Notes: generated by a model from the sequence alone, not told the origin. A DNA stretch of 64,000 nucleotides from Octopus vulgaris (GCA_951406725.2 OX597837.1:20336001-20400000), one strand, 5' to 3'. Counted from the first letter of the stretch, positions 1 to 14,114 are shown. Translations and numbers: made by a program.

Positions 1-384
1 ATCTTGCCACATCCAATCTCGATCCTTTTTACTTGTATCCGCTCCCACCGCAACACCAGTCCTTCGTCAAAAGCTCTCTACCATATACAGAAGTAGTTCA
101 TCACTCCATACAGGAGCTGCTTCATCTAGATGTCACCTTGAACATGATAATTGAAATCTATGGTTTACTGCACGTAAGAAAATCTTGTTGAAGACTGGGT
201 TATCGTTTTAGATAACCTTATTCACCATCCTTTGATGTAGCTGAACAACCAATCTCAACCGGTCGGGAACCACGATATGGGTTGTACTATTCATCCTTTA
301 GATTGCTGAATACAAAGCGTGGCTCACGATTCCTCCGTTGGATAAGTTTCCTGAGTCCCTATCTCACCCTTGTACGCCAATTTC

Positions 385-540
385 TCGCAGAGTTACCCAT
401 TTACAGCTGAGCGGGTTGGAGTACCGTGAAATGAAGTGTTTTGCTCAAGAACACAACGTACAGCCCGTCAGGGAAACGAAACCATGATCGCGTAATCATG
501 AGTGTGACACCCTAACAACTAGACCACACGCCTTCACACA
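385..540 (-). mobile_element. tRNA-derived SINE head fragment (diverged)
   Basis: The reverse complement reads TGTGAAGGCGTGTGGTCTAGTTGTTAGGGTGTCACAC...GGTTTCGTTTCCCTGAC, with A/B-box-like motifs, then TGTGTTCTTGAGCAAAACACTTCATTTCAC. Similar heads occur at 26060-26143 and 43600-43685. Confidence 0.55.
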
Positions 541-980
541 TTATTAGATAGCTCTTGATTCTCAGGAGTTCCTCCACTCCTTGACGGGTTTTGCTTTTCT
601 TCCCACGGGGTGTCCAAATGTCGTTCTCCACACCAAGCGAGCTTGGTAGGATTACCAGTTTTGGCACCGATAACCCACTCAAATGACAGGTTGTACTGAG
701 TCACATGCTACCAGTAGCGCACAAGAGTGGCCACATTAAGAGATCCAATGCAGCAACACCAGATGATTTAGTTGTGTCGTCTGCCATTTTAATTTCTCAG
801 TCTGCTTCGTCGTGCATCTCACAGCTCAAGAGTTTATATTACTGCGTGGTACTCCCATTTTCTGCTTTTGTGGTGAACAACAGTTAATTTCCTACAACTG
901 CCCTTTTTGCTACCAACGCCTGATTTATTCTTAAAACATCCCACCACAAACGCACGCACACATAAAATCCCATGTATACA

Positions 981-2170
981 TTCGTCTCCCCTATTCATTT
1001 TATTATGGCTATGGGGTCGGGTCTTTCAACATCAGATACGCTCGCTTAATTGACCCTGCGGTAGGGTTGAACAAACTCCATCTTTCATTCCAGTTACAGC
1101 AAACAAGCGGTCAGCTCTCTTTATCTGCAATGGAATTTATAGCCCTCTTCATTGCTACACCAGTAACTCCAACCCCGGTTAGAGCTTTAGAAGATGCATC
1201 TCTTGACTATATATACACAATAAGCATGGATCTGCATAGCAGACAAGGTCTAATGCTTTGAACTGTAGATGTTTGAACCAGCGGTAAAAGTCATCATAGA
1301 AAATGGGTCTGCAAAGACAATGCCTATAATAAATAGGTTCTTTCTCAGCTAAATTCTAAGACACGGGCATTATAGTGGTTTTGGTTAACAGCTGATTAAT
1401 CAGCATGTCCGAAGCTGCAGGCGCTCGATCCAGACAGTGTTGAAGAGGTTCAGTTCACAAGATACTAGACAGGCTGTGTTCCGACAATGATAACCAACAA
1501 CTTTTATATCACAGGTGAATTCACGAAGCATCTGGTGCTTGCCTCTTGACGCATTTCTTGACGCTGCTGCGGTTGAATTGTACTTGAATAAACCAGCTGC
1601 CTTCCAGCTATAAGTTGATACAATTGTAGAGTCTGACACTGCATCAAGTTGTAAAGTGATCACTTTTTCGTTCATTTATAATTTCACATATTTTTGGCGT
1701 GCATCGAAATTATCACCATTTGCTCGGTTTTGGTTTTCCTTGTGTCTACGACGTTTATACACTGAGCGTTGGTGGGTTTTTGTAGGGACACCACTTAGCA
1801 TATTGCCATTCACTGCACTGGCAATAGACCAATGATGATTTTGATTCCTCAGTTCCTCCGAGAGATGGAGACCGTCGGAAGTCATCTTGGAGACACTGAA
1901 GGTTGCGGGCTGATAAAATCTTTAGCAGGCCCAGCAAAATGATTTTTAAAATATCTTCGAATCGTTTAAACGACGAGAGGGAAAACATACCAGCATCAGA
2001 ATCATAATGGAACTCCGTGATACTTTTTGTAATCGTGTGGAATCAGTGATTTAACTTGAACTTGATGACTGAACAATTTGCTTGAACAAGATTTCGTTCA
2101 GCTGTATTTGAGCCGCTTCTAACTGGGACTGTTGCTGTTTCAAAACTTCCCCTAATTCTGCAGCAGCCAT
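981..2170 (-). pseudogene. Degenerate, internally deleted Gypsy/Ty3 (K02A2.6/Mag-like) LTR retrotransposon: gag, zinc knuckle, aspartic protease and integrase remnants
   Basis: Minus-strand translation across frameshifts gives MAAAELGEVLKQQQSQLEAAQ...SITEFHYDSDAG..FKRFEDI (gag N-terminus), CQCSEWQYAKWCPYKN..HKE (decayed knuckle) and ITLQLDAVSDSTIVSTYSWK...ASRNAS...LNLFNTVWIERL (retropepsin-like). A weak HIDFAGP-like remnant (IVFADP) lies near 1305-1322. A purine-rich tract (GAATAGGGGAGACGAA) at 981-996 is followed by TGTA. Confidence 0.7.
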
Positions 2171-3011
2171 TAATACATTGACTCATTTCTTCTGTTGATA
2201 ATTGCTTTCATCCTTTTGTAAGTTCTTATCCAACAAATCTTTTTTTTTTAATTCTATTCTTAATGTTTTTGGAAATATTGGAATTTGTCATTGTCGGTCA
2301 CGATGCTTTCGCAGATTCCCACGACTCTCTGTTGCCATCCAATTCCATTATTATGAATTTGAATTGGGAACTTGAATCATAGTGAATCTTTCATTAACTG
2401 ATCACACAACCATGGATGCTGCCCCTATGGATGTGTTGCAGTTACCCTCTTGATAGAGCTTGGTAATCTTAACCGTTGATCTTCTTGGGTGTCTCTGCTC
2501 ATCATCAATGTAAGAAGCTCTGTTGGCTCAATTGAGCTCTTCCGCTACCCCTTCACAATCCTGCCATTCTGCAGGGCACGTCATCCTTTTTTCTGTTTCC
2601 CTGTCTTCCCCTCGCCCTTTATCTCTGGTTAAAACTACCCCCTTGATTATCTTTTAGATAATTTACTTCATATGCTTAGTAACTTTAGATAATTTCGTCT
2701 TCATCTCGTCACCAAATTTGTTGTCTCATGCGGAAAAGAGTTGTTCTTATTGATGAGAAACAAGTCGAGTCAAATGGTAGTCAGGACAAAAGCTTTCTAA
2801 ACAATACACCATTTATAGAAGTGAGCAGAAGTGCTTCTTCGTCAACAACATATATACTAGGCTTTTATAATATCATATTCTTTGAATAGTCCATTATTTG
2901 GGTTAGCTTATTAGTTGCATAACCTTTAACCTCCAATTGAATAGTAGTAAGCAATGCTTGACCTAAATTCATCCATTTTAACTCTGACCTAATTGACGAA
3001 AAGAATAATTT

Positions 3012-3218
3012 TAAATTTTGGCACGAAGCCAACAATTTTAGGGGGGTGGGTAAGTCGATTATAACTACCCCAGTGCTCAACTGGTACTTATTTTATCGAC
3101 CCCGAAAGGATGGAAGACAAAGTCGACCTTGGCAGAATTCGGACTCAAAGCGTAGAGACGGATGAAACCTGCAAGATATTTTGTCCCACATGCTAACGAT
3201 TCGGCCAGCTTGTCACCT
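3012..3218 (-). mobile_element. SINE family B (tRNA head plus Nin/Deu-like central domain)
   Basis: Reverse-complement match to the family motif GTCGACTTTGCCTTTCATCCTTTCGGGGTCGATAAAATAAGTACCAG, which recurs about 15 times in the window. Confidence 0.8.
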
Positions 3219-3221
3219 TTA

Positions 3222-3807
<586 letters not shown>

Positions 3808-3808
<1 letters not shown>

Positions 3809-3833
3809 TAATAATGATGATGATGATAATGTG

Positions 3834-3865
<32 letters not shown>

Positions 3866-3908
3866 GTCTTTCCTACAACTATTTATAATCCTTTCTACTC
3901 AATACTGG

Positions 3909-3964
<56 letters not shown>

Positions 3965-3966
3965 AA

Positions 3967-4053
<87 letters not shown>
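3808..4053. repeat. Compound (GAT)n/(CTA)n/(AAT)n microsatellites
   Basis: Read directly from the sequence. Confidence 0.95.
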
Positions 4054-4057
<4 letters not shown>

Positions 4058-7000
4058 CGTAAAAACGTAACATTCCCAACAAAACGTAACATTCCCAACA
4101 AACACGATATAAACAAAAAACAACAAACCCAGACCGTAAAGATGCATAATAATATACGACAAACAGCAAGCCAAAACACGGCAAACAAACATATAAATAA
4201 GAAAGAAAGCAACACAAATCTAAAACCTGGAAACAACGAAGGGGAGCCTAATGATTATGATAATATAAAAAGTAAAATAATCAAAGAACTGAAAACCACA
4301 GAGCTCAAAATGGACCACCGACCATACCTCCCAAAAATCAAAATAGGCGAAACAACAACACCAATTATAAACAGCATAAACCTAGCCGTCACGGAACTAA
4401 TAGCCACTGAAACAAAAAGCGATATCACTAAGCTAAATGACTTAGTATACGCAGCAGCCACTGCAGCCACAAAAGAAGCTGGACACTCACTCAAACCCAC
4501 CCAAACAGGAGTACCACCACCCAAACAAACCCTGTGGATAAATAACATCCAAAACAAAATTTACAAAAAATTAGAAAAGACCTGTCGATTCTTAATGAAA
4601 TCAGCAAACAATCAACGCTACTGAGCAACAAAAAGAGAACAAAAATACTCCGCAAATATAACATCACAGAAAAAGATTTACCTGAGATAAAAGAAAAGCT
4701 GAAGCAAGATATCCTTACCAAAGCACAAAGGATCCGCCGGTACGAGAAACGCCAGCGCTTCTTTGAACAAAACAAAAAGTTCAACTCCAACCCCAAAATG
4801 TTCTACCAAGAACTTGGCAAAAATAAAATAGAAATCACTGCAGCACCAACGGCAGAAGAAGTGGAAGAATTCTGGAGAGAAATATGGTCGGCGAACGAAT
4901 AATCAAAATAAGGGAGTATCAAAACAACAAACTCAGCATCTGAGCAACTTTGGACCTCCATAACAACTGAAGAGGTCACCCAGGCACTGCAAAGACTAAG
5001 CAACTGGAAGGCACCTGGGCATGACAAGATCCCCAACTTCTAGTTGAAATATCTAATAGGAATGCACAAAAAGCTGGCTGAAAACTTTAACAACATACAA
5101 GCAGAGCCAGAGACAATGCCTGTATGGCTAACGAAGGGGAAAACCATCTTAATTCCCAAATCAAATGAGACAGCAAAACCAGAAAACTACAGACCAATAA
5201 CCTGTCTCCCTACAATGTTCAAGGCATTTACTGCAGTGATATCGCAAAGGTTGAACAAGCACCTGGACGAAAACAAACTGTTCCCAGAAGAGCAGAAAGG
5301 ATGCCGCAAAGGCTCATATGGCTGTAAAGATCAACTAATGATTAATAAAGCCATAACTGAAGACAGCCACAGAAAGAAGAAAGACCTCAGTATGGCCTGG
5401 ATCGATTACAAAAAGGCGTTTGATAGCATCCCCCACACATGGATCCTCGAAACACTAGCCATTAACAAAGTAGCACCAACAATCATAATATTTATAGGGC
5501 ATTCTATGAATAAATGGCAAACAGTGCTACAGCTCCAAACAAAAGAGGGACTCGTGAAGACAAAAGCCATCCCCATTAGAAGAGGAATATTCCAGGGAGA
5601 CATGCTCTCTCCACTCCTTTTCTGCTTGGCACTGTCACCTCTATTTGATATGCTAAATAGAACTGGATGCGGATATAAATGTTACGGCAAAACGATCAGC
5701 CACCTTTTATATATGGATGACCTAAAACTATACGCTGCAAATGACAAACAGCTGGAAACACTATTAAAGACAGTTCATGGATTTACCAAAGAAATAGATA
5801 TGAAATTTGGCTTAGAAAAATGCGCCAAAGTAACCATGAAAAGAGGAAAACTAGTTAAGAGTAGCAACATCACACTAGATAAAACCAATGAAATAAAAGA
5901 AATAGACCAAAGCCAAACTTACAAATACTTAGGAATCCATGAACTAGATAAGACACAACACACACAAATGAAAGAGAAAATAAAAAAAGAATATTATAGA
6001 CGAGTTAGATCAATACTAAAAACAGAGCTCAATGCTAAAAACAAGATAATAGGTATTAACACTTTAGCTGTCCCAGTTATAAGTTACAGCTACAATATCC
6101 TTAACTGGACACTAAATGAACTGACCAAAATAGAGGAAAACAAGAAAAATAATGACAGGATCTAGGATGCATCACCCAAAATCTGACATAGAAAGACTAT
6201 ATATACAACGTATAGAAGGTGGTAGAGGCCTTATACAGCTGGAAAACTACTATAAAATAACCACCATAGGACTATAAAAATATCTACTTCAGAAGGAAGG
6301 AAAACTGATACAAATAGCGGCAAAACACGAGCAAAACAAAATACTGTTCTCAGTATTTAAGGAAGCTGACAAATACAAACAAGAAATCATACCACCTAAT
6401 AAATATGAAGAAGAAGAAGAAGAAGAAGATGAAGAAGCAACAAAAGCTATAAAACAAATGAAATCCAAACTAAAAATAGAACAGCAACGAACCATGATAA
6501 AACGATGGCAAGAAAAGCCCCTTCATGGTAAATACTGGACTAAACTAAACGCAAAAGAAATAGACAAAGAAAAATCCCAGCAATGGTTGAGAAGCTCAGG
6601 ACTCAAAGCAGAGACAGAGAGATTTTTAATTGCAGCACAAGACCAAAGCCTCCCCACCAGAAATTACCAAAAACATGTAATGAAAAGAAATATAACAAGT
6701 AACTGCAGCATATGTGGAGATGGACAAGAAACAATAAATCATATTATCTCTGGCTGCCCAGTCCTGGCTAAGAAGGAATATTTTCACAGACATGACAGAG
6801 TTGGAACCTACATACATTGGAAGCTATGCCAACATTATGGAATAACAACAGAAAAAAGATGGTATAGGCACACATCAGAAAAGGTCACAGAAAACGAGAA
6901 AGGAACCATACTCTGGGATATGCCGATACACACAGATAGGATATAGTTGTCAGAGATCAGATAGGATATAGTTGTCAACAGACCAGATATAGTTGTCAGA

Positions 7001-7394
7001 GATCATGAAGAAAAAAAATGCTTTCTAATTGATGTATCAATACCGGCAGATGACAACGTTTCTCTAAAAGAAATGGAGAAACTTTCAAAATACAAAGACC
7101 TGGAAATAGAGGTAACCAGAATGTGGAATCTAAAAACAGAAACAATTCCTATCATAGTAGGTGCATTAGGCATGATAAAAAAATATTCAGACAAATACAT
7201 AACAAAAACACCAGGACTTACAAACACATATACATACAGAAAATTGCACTACTAGGCACTGCACACATCCTACGCAGAACACTTTCCATACAATAACCAT
7301 CAGAGCATCACAACAAATCACAGCACATACCCAAGGCACACAGAGCTGCGCTCGGTAGTGAAGTGAAAGCGCACTATAAAAATAAAACTACTGA
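4054..7394 (+). mobile_element. R4/Dong-clade (R2 group) non-LTR retrotransposon, near full length but disabled; RT, CCHC and restriction-like endonuclease
   Basis: RT motifs YRPITCLPTMFK, WIDYKKAFDSIPH, RGIFQGDMLSPLLF, HLLYMDDLKLY and YKYLGI in ORF 5044-6165. Zinc knuckle CSICGDGQETINHIISGC with RHD at 6703-6795. Endonuclease RPDIVV..LIDVSIP..EKLSKYKDL at 6980-7100. In-frame stops near 4899, 5041 and 6274 plus frameshifts. Both ends abut (AAT)n. Confidence 0.93.
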
Positions 7395-7830
<436 letters not shown>

Positions 7831-7911
7831 GGGAGTGAGAGAGAATTATTAAAAGAAATTTGAGTGTAAGGGTGTAATAAACCTTATAAAGACCACGAGG
7901 AAAGATTGGGT

Positions 7912-7931
7912 TATCATCATCATCATCATCA

Positions 7932-7962
<31 letters not shown>

Positions 7963-8165
7963 TGTTGTTGTTGTTGTTGCTGTGATTGTTGTTATAGTTA
8001 TTATTACCATCAGCAGCAGCATCACCATCATCATCATCATCATCATCTTCATCATCTTCATCATCATCATCATCATGACCATCATCATCTTCATCATCAT
8101 CATCATCATCATCATCATCGTCGTCGTCGTCGTCATTATTGTCGTTGTTGTTGTGGTTGTTGTTG
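7912..8165. repeat. Compound (CAT)n/(CGT)n/(TGT)n trinucleotide tract
   Basis: Read directly; it produces the poly-H/R/C/D artefact ORFs. Confidence 0.95.
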
Positions 8166-8613
8166 CTATTTGCGTAGTTGTTGGTTTTTGTTTGTTTTTC
8201 TTTATTCTCCAACACATACTACCCCTTCCTAACCACCACCACCACCCCACCACACACACACACATACACGAACCTTTCTTCGATATGATTATATATTCTG
8301 CTGTAGCATTAGTGTGAACGCTGACATTTCGGACAAAACCATTAACAGATTCTTGGTGAAAGTAGAGATGTGTGTTTGGGCTGCTGTGTGTGTGTATGTG
8401 TGTGTGTATGTGTGTGTGTGTATGTGTGTGCGTACGTCCGAGCTCGCACACCTGCAAGCAAGTTCGCGCGCGCGTGTGTGAATGTGTGTGCGCGTGAATG
8501 TGCATGTGTGTGTGCTTCATTCCATAGAGAAAATGGTCAGGCTGAAGAATTATTCTTTCAATTCACTCAATAATACACATACATACACACACACACATAC
8601 ACATGCATACGTA

Positions 8614-8662
<49 letters not shown>

Positions 8663-8701
8663 CTATCTGTATCTATATATATGTATATATATATATGTAT
8701 G

Positions 8702-8774
<73 letters not shown>

Positions 8775-8779
8775 TTATA

Positions 8780-8817
<38 letters not shown>

Positions 8818-8841
8818 GTGTATGTGTGTGTGTGTTTGTGT

Positions 8842-9233
8842 ATAAAAGAAAACAAAAAATGGAACAAGAACGTAAGAGACGATAACAAAACATTCGGACA
8901 GTTAGGCGATACAAAAAAGGACAGGAAAAAACAAGGACAGGTCGTTCGGAGCTTCCTATCCTCAGTCGAGTACCAGATCGTCTTTGCAGTTTCGGTCGGT
9001 TACACTCGAGACTGCGCCAATCTGGCCGGCTAAGAGCACTAGACTCCTTGGAAGAAAGCAAGGACGAAAATAACGGAGAAATGGTACACAATTACAAATA
9101 CAACAAGTGGACATTAACAACAGGTGTCTTTCGACTAAGGACGAATTAAATTAAGCTGGCGTGTATGGAAGTGAAGCCTTACGGCAGGAACATACGAATT
9201 AAAAGTCATGGGAAAGAATATAAGAAATGCTAC

Positions 9234-9237
<4 letters not shown>
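8842..9237 (-). mobile_element. Dispersed repeat between (TA)n tracts, probable PLE terminal (pLTR) fragment
   Basis: Homologous to 21830-22000 (-) and 53543-53735 (+). The shared core is GGCCAGATTGG(C/A)GCA..GCCGAAA(T/C)TGC..GATG..GACTGA(G/A)GAT..GCT(T/C)CGAA. All copies lie next to (TA)n. Confidence 0.55.
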
Positions 9238-9294
<57 letters not shown>

Positions 9295-10097
9295 TATGTA
9301 AATGCACGCGCACGTACACATATGTATGTATAGTAATAATATAAATGAAGGTGTCTCAAATAAAACCGTGTTCATTTATAATTAAAGTGCTCGTATGCAC
9401 TCAAAAGAAAAGACGTTCGCTGCGGTAGCAGTCTATGACAAAATCATTCTTCTCATAAACAATGTACGAAAAAAAAACATTCAGCTGGGCTCTGAATGAC
9501 GTCATTGCACTGTGGGGTTATTTTTCATCGGGGTTATTTTTCATCGGTGTCAGATCGCCACTTCCGTCATTTATAGCGCTGTTGGAAGTGTAATTTTTAT
9601 CTAAACACCAAAAAGAAAAATAAATTGGCAGGCATGTGCAAAGCTTTGTCAAGTAGAATTACTTAATTATAAGCACACTAAGAAGCGGCAAGTCGTTGTG
9701 TTTATAGCTAATTAACTTATTAATAGGGACGGCAGTTCCCTCAAGGTTATGAATGATTGAAGTGCTGTCTATCACTAATGAAGCGTAACTGCACAGAAAC
9801 ATGTATCTTAGAGTCTCGATAATATCATTCAAAGCTTAGCTTGGTCTGTTTTTACATATGTAGTCAATCATGAGAATATCTCCTCCGAGACCGTTACCAC
9901 AGCGAACATCCTTCCACGTTTGAGTGTACAGTGGTATATTAAAGATAAATGTGCACAGATTTATTTAAATTGTCGTTGCTTAGGGTCATGTCCAGTAAGC
10001 TTAGGGGTCATATCTGGTAGGCTCGCCCTCATCATTTCACCACAAGGAAAGTTCAGTCATCAATTCACTGTTTTATTTTTTTTTTCAATAAAATAGT

Positions 10098-10493
10098 TAC
10101 TCTTTTACTTGCTTCAGTCATTTGACTGCGGCCATGCTGGAGCACCGCCTTTAGTCGAGCAAATCGACCCCGGGACTTATTCTTTTGTAAGCCCAGTACT
10201 TATTCTGTCGGTCTCTTTTGCCGAACTGCTAAGTAACGGGGATGTAAACACACCAGCATCGGTTGTCAAGCAATGCTAGGGGGACAAAAACAGACACACA
10301 AACACACACACGCATATATGTACATATATACGACGGGCTTCTTTCAGTTTCCGTCTACCAAATCCACTCACCAGGCTTTGGTCGGCCCGAGGCTATAGTA
10401 GAAGACACTTGCCCAAGATGCCACGCAGTGGGACTGAACTCGGAACCATGTGGTTGGTTAGCAAGATACTTACCACAGATCCACTCCTGCGCC
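10098..10493 (-). mobile_element. SINE family A, full length (tRNA head, CORE-like segment, internal (TG)n, LINE-like tail)
   Basis: Reverse complement: GGCGCAGGAGTGG..TGTGGTAAG (A box)...GAGTTCAGTCCC (B box)...TCTTGGGCAAGTGTCTTCTACTATAGCCTCGG...GGCGGTGCTCCAGCATGGCCGCAGTCAAATGACTGAAGCAAGTAAAAGAGT. About 25 copies or fragments occur in the window. Confidence 0.9.
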
Positions 10494-10765
10494 CATGTTG
10501 TTAACTACTAATGGTGAAATACTATGAAGACATTTTCTCGGTAAACGTTCCCCACGGTGAACTTTCTTCACGGTGAATTGATGGCGGTGAACTTACCTGT
10601 AATCGGTTAGGGTGCTTATAATTAATCTTTCAAATATGTATACGAATATACTTTTCTTGTATACACCATGTGCACAGAGAAGTCAACCGAAATTACGTAA
10701 TTCATAATTAGAGCAAAGCTGCTAGGCAATATATAACACTTCCCGATTTTGGTATAAGGCCAGCA

Positions 10766-10988
10766 GCTGGCAGAATCGTTAGCGCGCCGGGCGAAATGCG
10801 TAGCCGTATTTCGTTTGCCGTTACGGTCTGAGTTCAAATTCCACCGCGGTCGACTTTGCCTTTCATCCTTTCGTGGTCGATAAATTAAGTACCAGTTACG
10901 CACTGGGGTCGATGTAATCGACTTAATCCGTTTGTCTGTCCTTGTTTGTCCCTTCTGTGTTTAGCCCCTTGTGGGTAGTAAAGAAATA
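10766..10988 (+). mobile_element. SINE family B with a 15-bp target-site duplication
   Basis: GCTGGCAGAATCGTTAGC...GAGTTCAAATTCC...GGTAGTAAAGAAATA, flanked by GGTATAAGGCCAGCA at 10751-10765 and 10989-11003. Confidence 0.88.
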
Positions 10989-11285
10989 GGTATAAGGCCA
11001 GCATTTGGTGGGTGGGGCAAATCCATTACATCGACCCCAGTGTTCAACACCTACTCATTTTATCGCTACCATCAATTCTCTCTCTCCCACTTGCACTGTC
11101 TCGTCCCTTCTGCACTTACACTTTACCCTTCCCTTCTCTGTTCCACCCCCCTCTCTCTCATTGTATTCATTTTCGACATATTCTAAAAGAATGAAAAGAA
11201 ATGAGAGGCAAAGTTGACCTGGACTGCATAATATGAGGAAATATAATGATAATTAAACTGTAAGGCTACTAGAAAATAACCATGT

Positions 11286-11632
11286 AGGCGCAGGTGTGGC
11301 TGTGTGGTAAGAAGCTTGCTTCCCAACCACATGGTTCCGGGTTCAGTCCCACTGCGTGGCACCTGGAGCAAATGTCTACTACTCTAGACTTGTGAGTGGA
11401 TTTGGTAGACGGAAACTGAAAAAATCTCGTCATATATGTATGTGTGTGCATGTGTCTGTGTCCCCCATTACCGCTTGACAACCGATGTCGGCAAAAGAGA
11501 CCGACAGAATAAGTACTCAGCATTAAAAAAACAATAAGTCCTGGAGTCGACTTGTTCGGCTATAACCCTTCAAGATAGCGCTCCAGCATGGCCGCAGTCA
11601 AATGACTGAAACAAATAAACAAATAAAAGAAT
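11286..11632 (+). mobile_element. SINE family A (internally deleted)
   Basis: Family A head GGCGCAGGTGTGGCTGTGTGG and tail CCAGCATGGCCGCAGTCAAATGACTGAAAC. Confidence 0.85.
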
Positions 11633-12055
11633 GAGAAAAGCAAAGGTATAGCTTTCCTTCTGGTCTTCGAGATCGGTTGGGGCTCATTATCAGGCACGGG
11701 CTATTAGTGACCTGCCAACAGTGTTTCGCGCAGATTTCAACATTTCTTTTGCTAAATCATTGACTGGTCAAGTTAATTTTACTTTCACTTGCTTTAGCCA
11801 ATGGACTGCGGCCTTGAGGGGTTTAGTCGAACAAATCGACCCCAGTACTTACTTTTAAAGTCTAGTGCTTATTTTGTCCGTCTTATTTTATCGAACCGCT
11901 AAGTTACGGGGGCGTAATCATACTAGTACCGGTTCTCCTGTAACGGCGGAGGATATATATATATATATATACATCCACACATACGTATGTGTGTGTGTAC
12001 GACAGGCTTCTACACAGTTTCCTTCTACCAAATTCACAAACAAGACATTAATCGA

Positions 12056-12768
12056 GGATAAAATAAGTTTCTGTTTGACTGTACCTGTGGAAATTTTAAA
12101 GTTTAGTGAACATTTTGAAATTTGGTATATTGACGTAATTTTTCATGTTGAATCTCGGAGATAATTCACATTTTTTCGGATTTTTTTTTTTTAAGCTGCA
12201 AAGTTTAAAGTTTGATCATCTTTAACCAATCAGAAAACAGGATTTGGGAGCTGTCATTTTGTGCGTGACAGCACAAGTCGACTGTAAACAAATGAAATAC
12301 TGGTGGAATTCTGCTTTACTCATACCATATAACCCCGCATAACATTTTTTATTTTTTGGAATTTTCAGAAAAATTTTGCGAATCTGTATTCTACATGCGG
12401 GAATTCATACGATTATGCAAAATCCAAAAAAACGTGATTTAAAGCCTATGTAGCTATTATTTTTAGCACTTCTCACGACCACCTCATGCGTCATGTATTT
12501 TAAGCATTTAATAAATGAAAAATGACCACGTGGGTAAACAGCTTGGTAATAGGCTAGCTTGTTACTATGGAAACAGGCACATAAATATTTCAGTGTCTTT
12601 CAATTGGCTAAAATTATCAAAACTTTTCAAACCTTATTTATTGATTTACGACGAAATGAATTCTATGTCAATGATTATCATTCAAAACTACACCAATACA
12701 CCAAATATAAAATCAATTGGAACAAAAGTTGAAGAAATTGGAAAGTGACAGCCAAATAGAAAAGATCC
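12056..12768 (+). mobile_element. Non-autonomous DNA transposon (MITE-like), copy 1
   Basis: Colinear homology blocks with 54084-54932. Degenerate TIR: the right end ACAGCCAAATAGAAAAGATCC matches the left end GGAT...TTTCTGTTTGACTGT. It abuts a truncated SINE-A copy. Confidence 0.65.
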
Positions 12769-13888
12769 GAAGACATTTGGTGGTGATGGTTGTGGTGGGT
12801 GGAGGTGCTGGCGGAGATGGTGGTGAGTATGGTGGTAGTTTTTGTTGTAGTTGTAGTAGTAGTATGGTAATGGTGGTGGTAGTGGCAGTAGTTGTAGTAG
12901 TGGATACAGTGCCGGTGATAGTGGCCGTGGTAGCAGTGGTTGCGGTAGTGAATGTTATGTTGATGGTGGTGGTGGTGGTGGTGGTGGTGGTGGTGGTGGT
13001 AGTGTTAGGGATGGAATGTGGGGGTAGCGAGCATGGTGGAGTGGAAATAGTGGTGTTTCTGTTTACGTTTTGACAAAACTTTATTTCGTTATTGCTGTTA
13101 TTGTTTGTTGTTGTTGCTGCTGCTGCTGCTGCTGCCGCTGCTGCTGTAGCAATTATTGTTATTGCAATCTGGTCTGGGTAGTAAGTCGTCCCTCCCCCCT
13201 ACAGACACAAGCAGTCACAACCACCGCCACCAACACCACCAGCACCAGCACCACCAACACCACCACCCCTACTAACAGCGTCACCTCTGTTGTTCTGTTG
13301 TTGTATGTCTGCTTGCTTGTCTACGAGAGTCTGTGAGAGTCTGTGAGAGTCTGCTAGTGAAGTTCTTGTTGGCAGCGTGAGGTCCTCAGCAAAATGGTTG
13401 GCTGTTCCGTGACTGTGCGAAACTCGAAAGAAATAATTCCTACAACCATCACACCACCATCAGTTCTTTCATCCTCCTCCTCCTTTCACTCTCCCACCTC
13501 TTTCTCCATTTCTCCCCCTCTCTTCATCTGTCTGTCTGCTCCCCCCCCCCATCATTGTCTCTCTCCCTCAATGTATTGAAACATTGTTTTCATTTTTCAA
13601 CGCATCCTGAATTGCATACGCAGTCGCGTGTGCAATTCAGTTTATCATCATCATCATCATCATCATCATCACCACCACTGCCACCATCATCATCAACATT
13701 ACTACCCACCCCCATCATCATCATCATCGTCATCACCATCATCGTCATTGCCGTTGTCGTCGTCGTCATCATAGTCATCGTCTTCAACATCATCATCACC
13801 CCACCACCACCACCAATACCACTACCACCAACATCACATTCATCATTATCAGCATATCCTTCATTTTCAACATTATCATTATCATCAT

Positions 13889-13936
<48 letters not shown>

Positions 13937-14114
13937 CAGCAGCAACGGCACCTCTATTATCACCTGTGTTATCATATCATCATCATGGCTCTTCTACTCA
14001 CTCATATCCACGCTGTCGATGGTGTGTTTGGCAGCGGTATTTGTTGTTAATAACTCTATGATTATTATGACTGAAGTTATAGGTTTGTTATTGTTGTTGT
14101 TGCTGCTGCTGCTA

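Noticed and set aside
2835-2860. Possible primer-binding site and 5' LTR end for the Gypsy relic (minus strand TGTTGACGAAG)
   Set aside because: I could not find a matching LTR pair with the sequence left of 981, so the resemblance may be chance.
10263-10511. Recurrent ORF family (DGLLSVSVYQIHSQGFGRPEAIVEDTCPRCHAVGLNPEPCGW) resembling a multigene family
   Set aside because: It is the antisense reading of SINE family A, and the frame and stops vary between copies.
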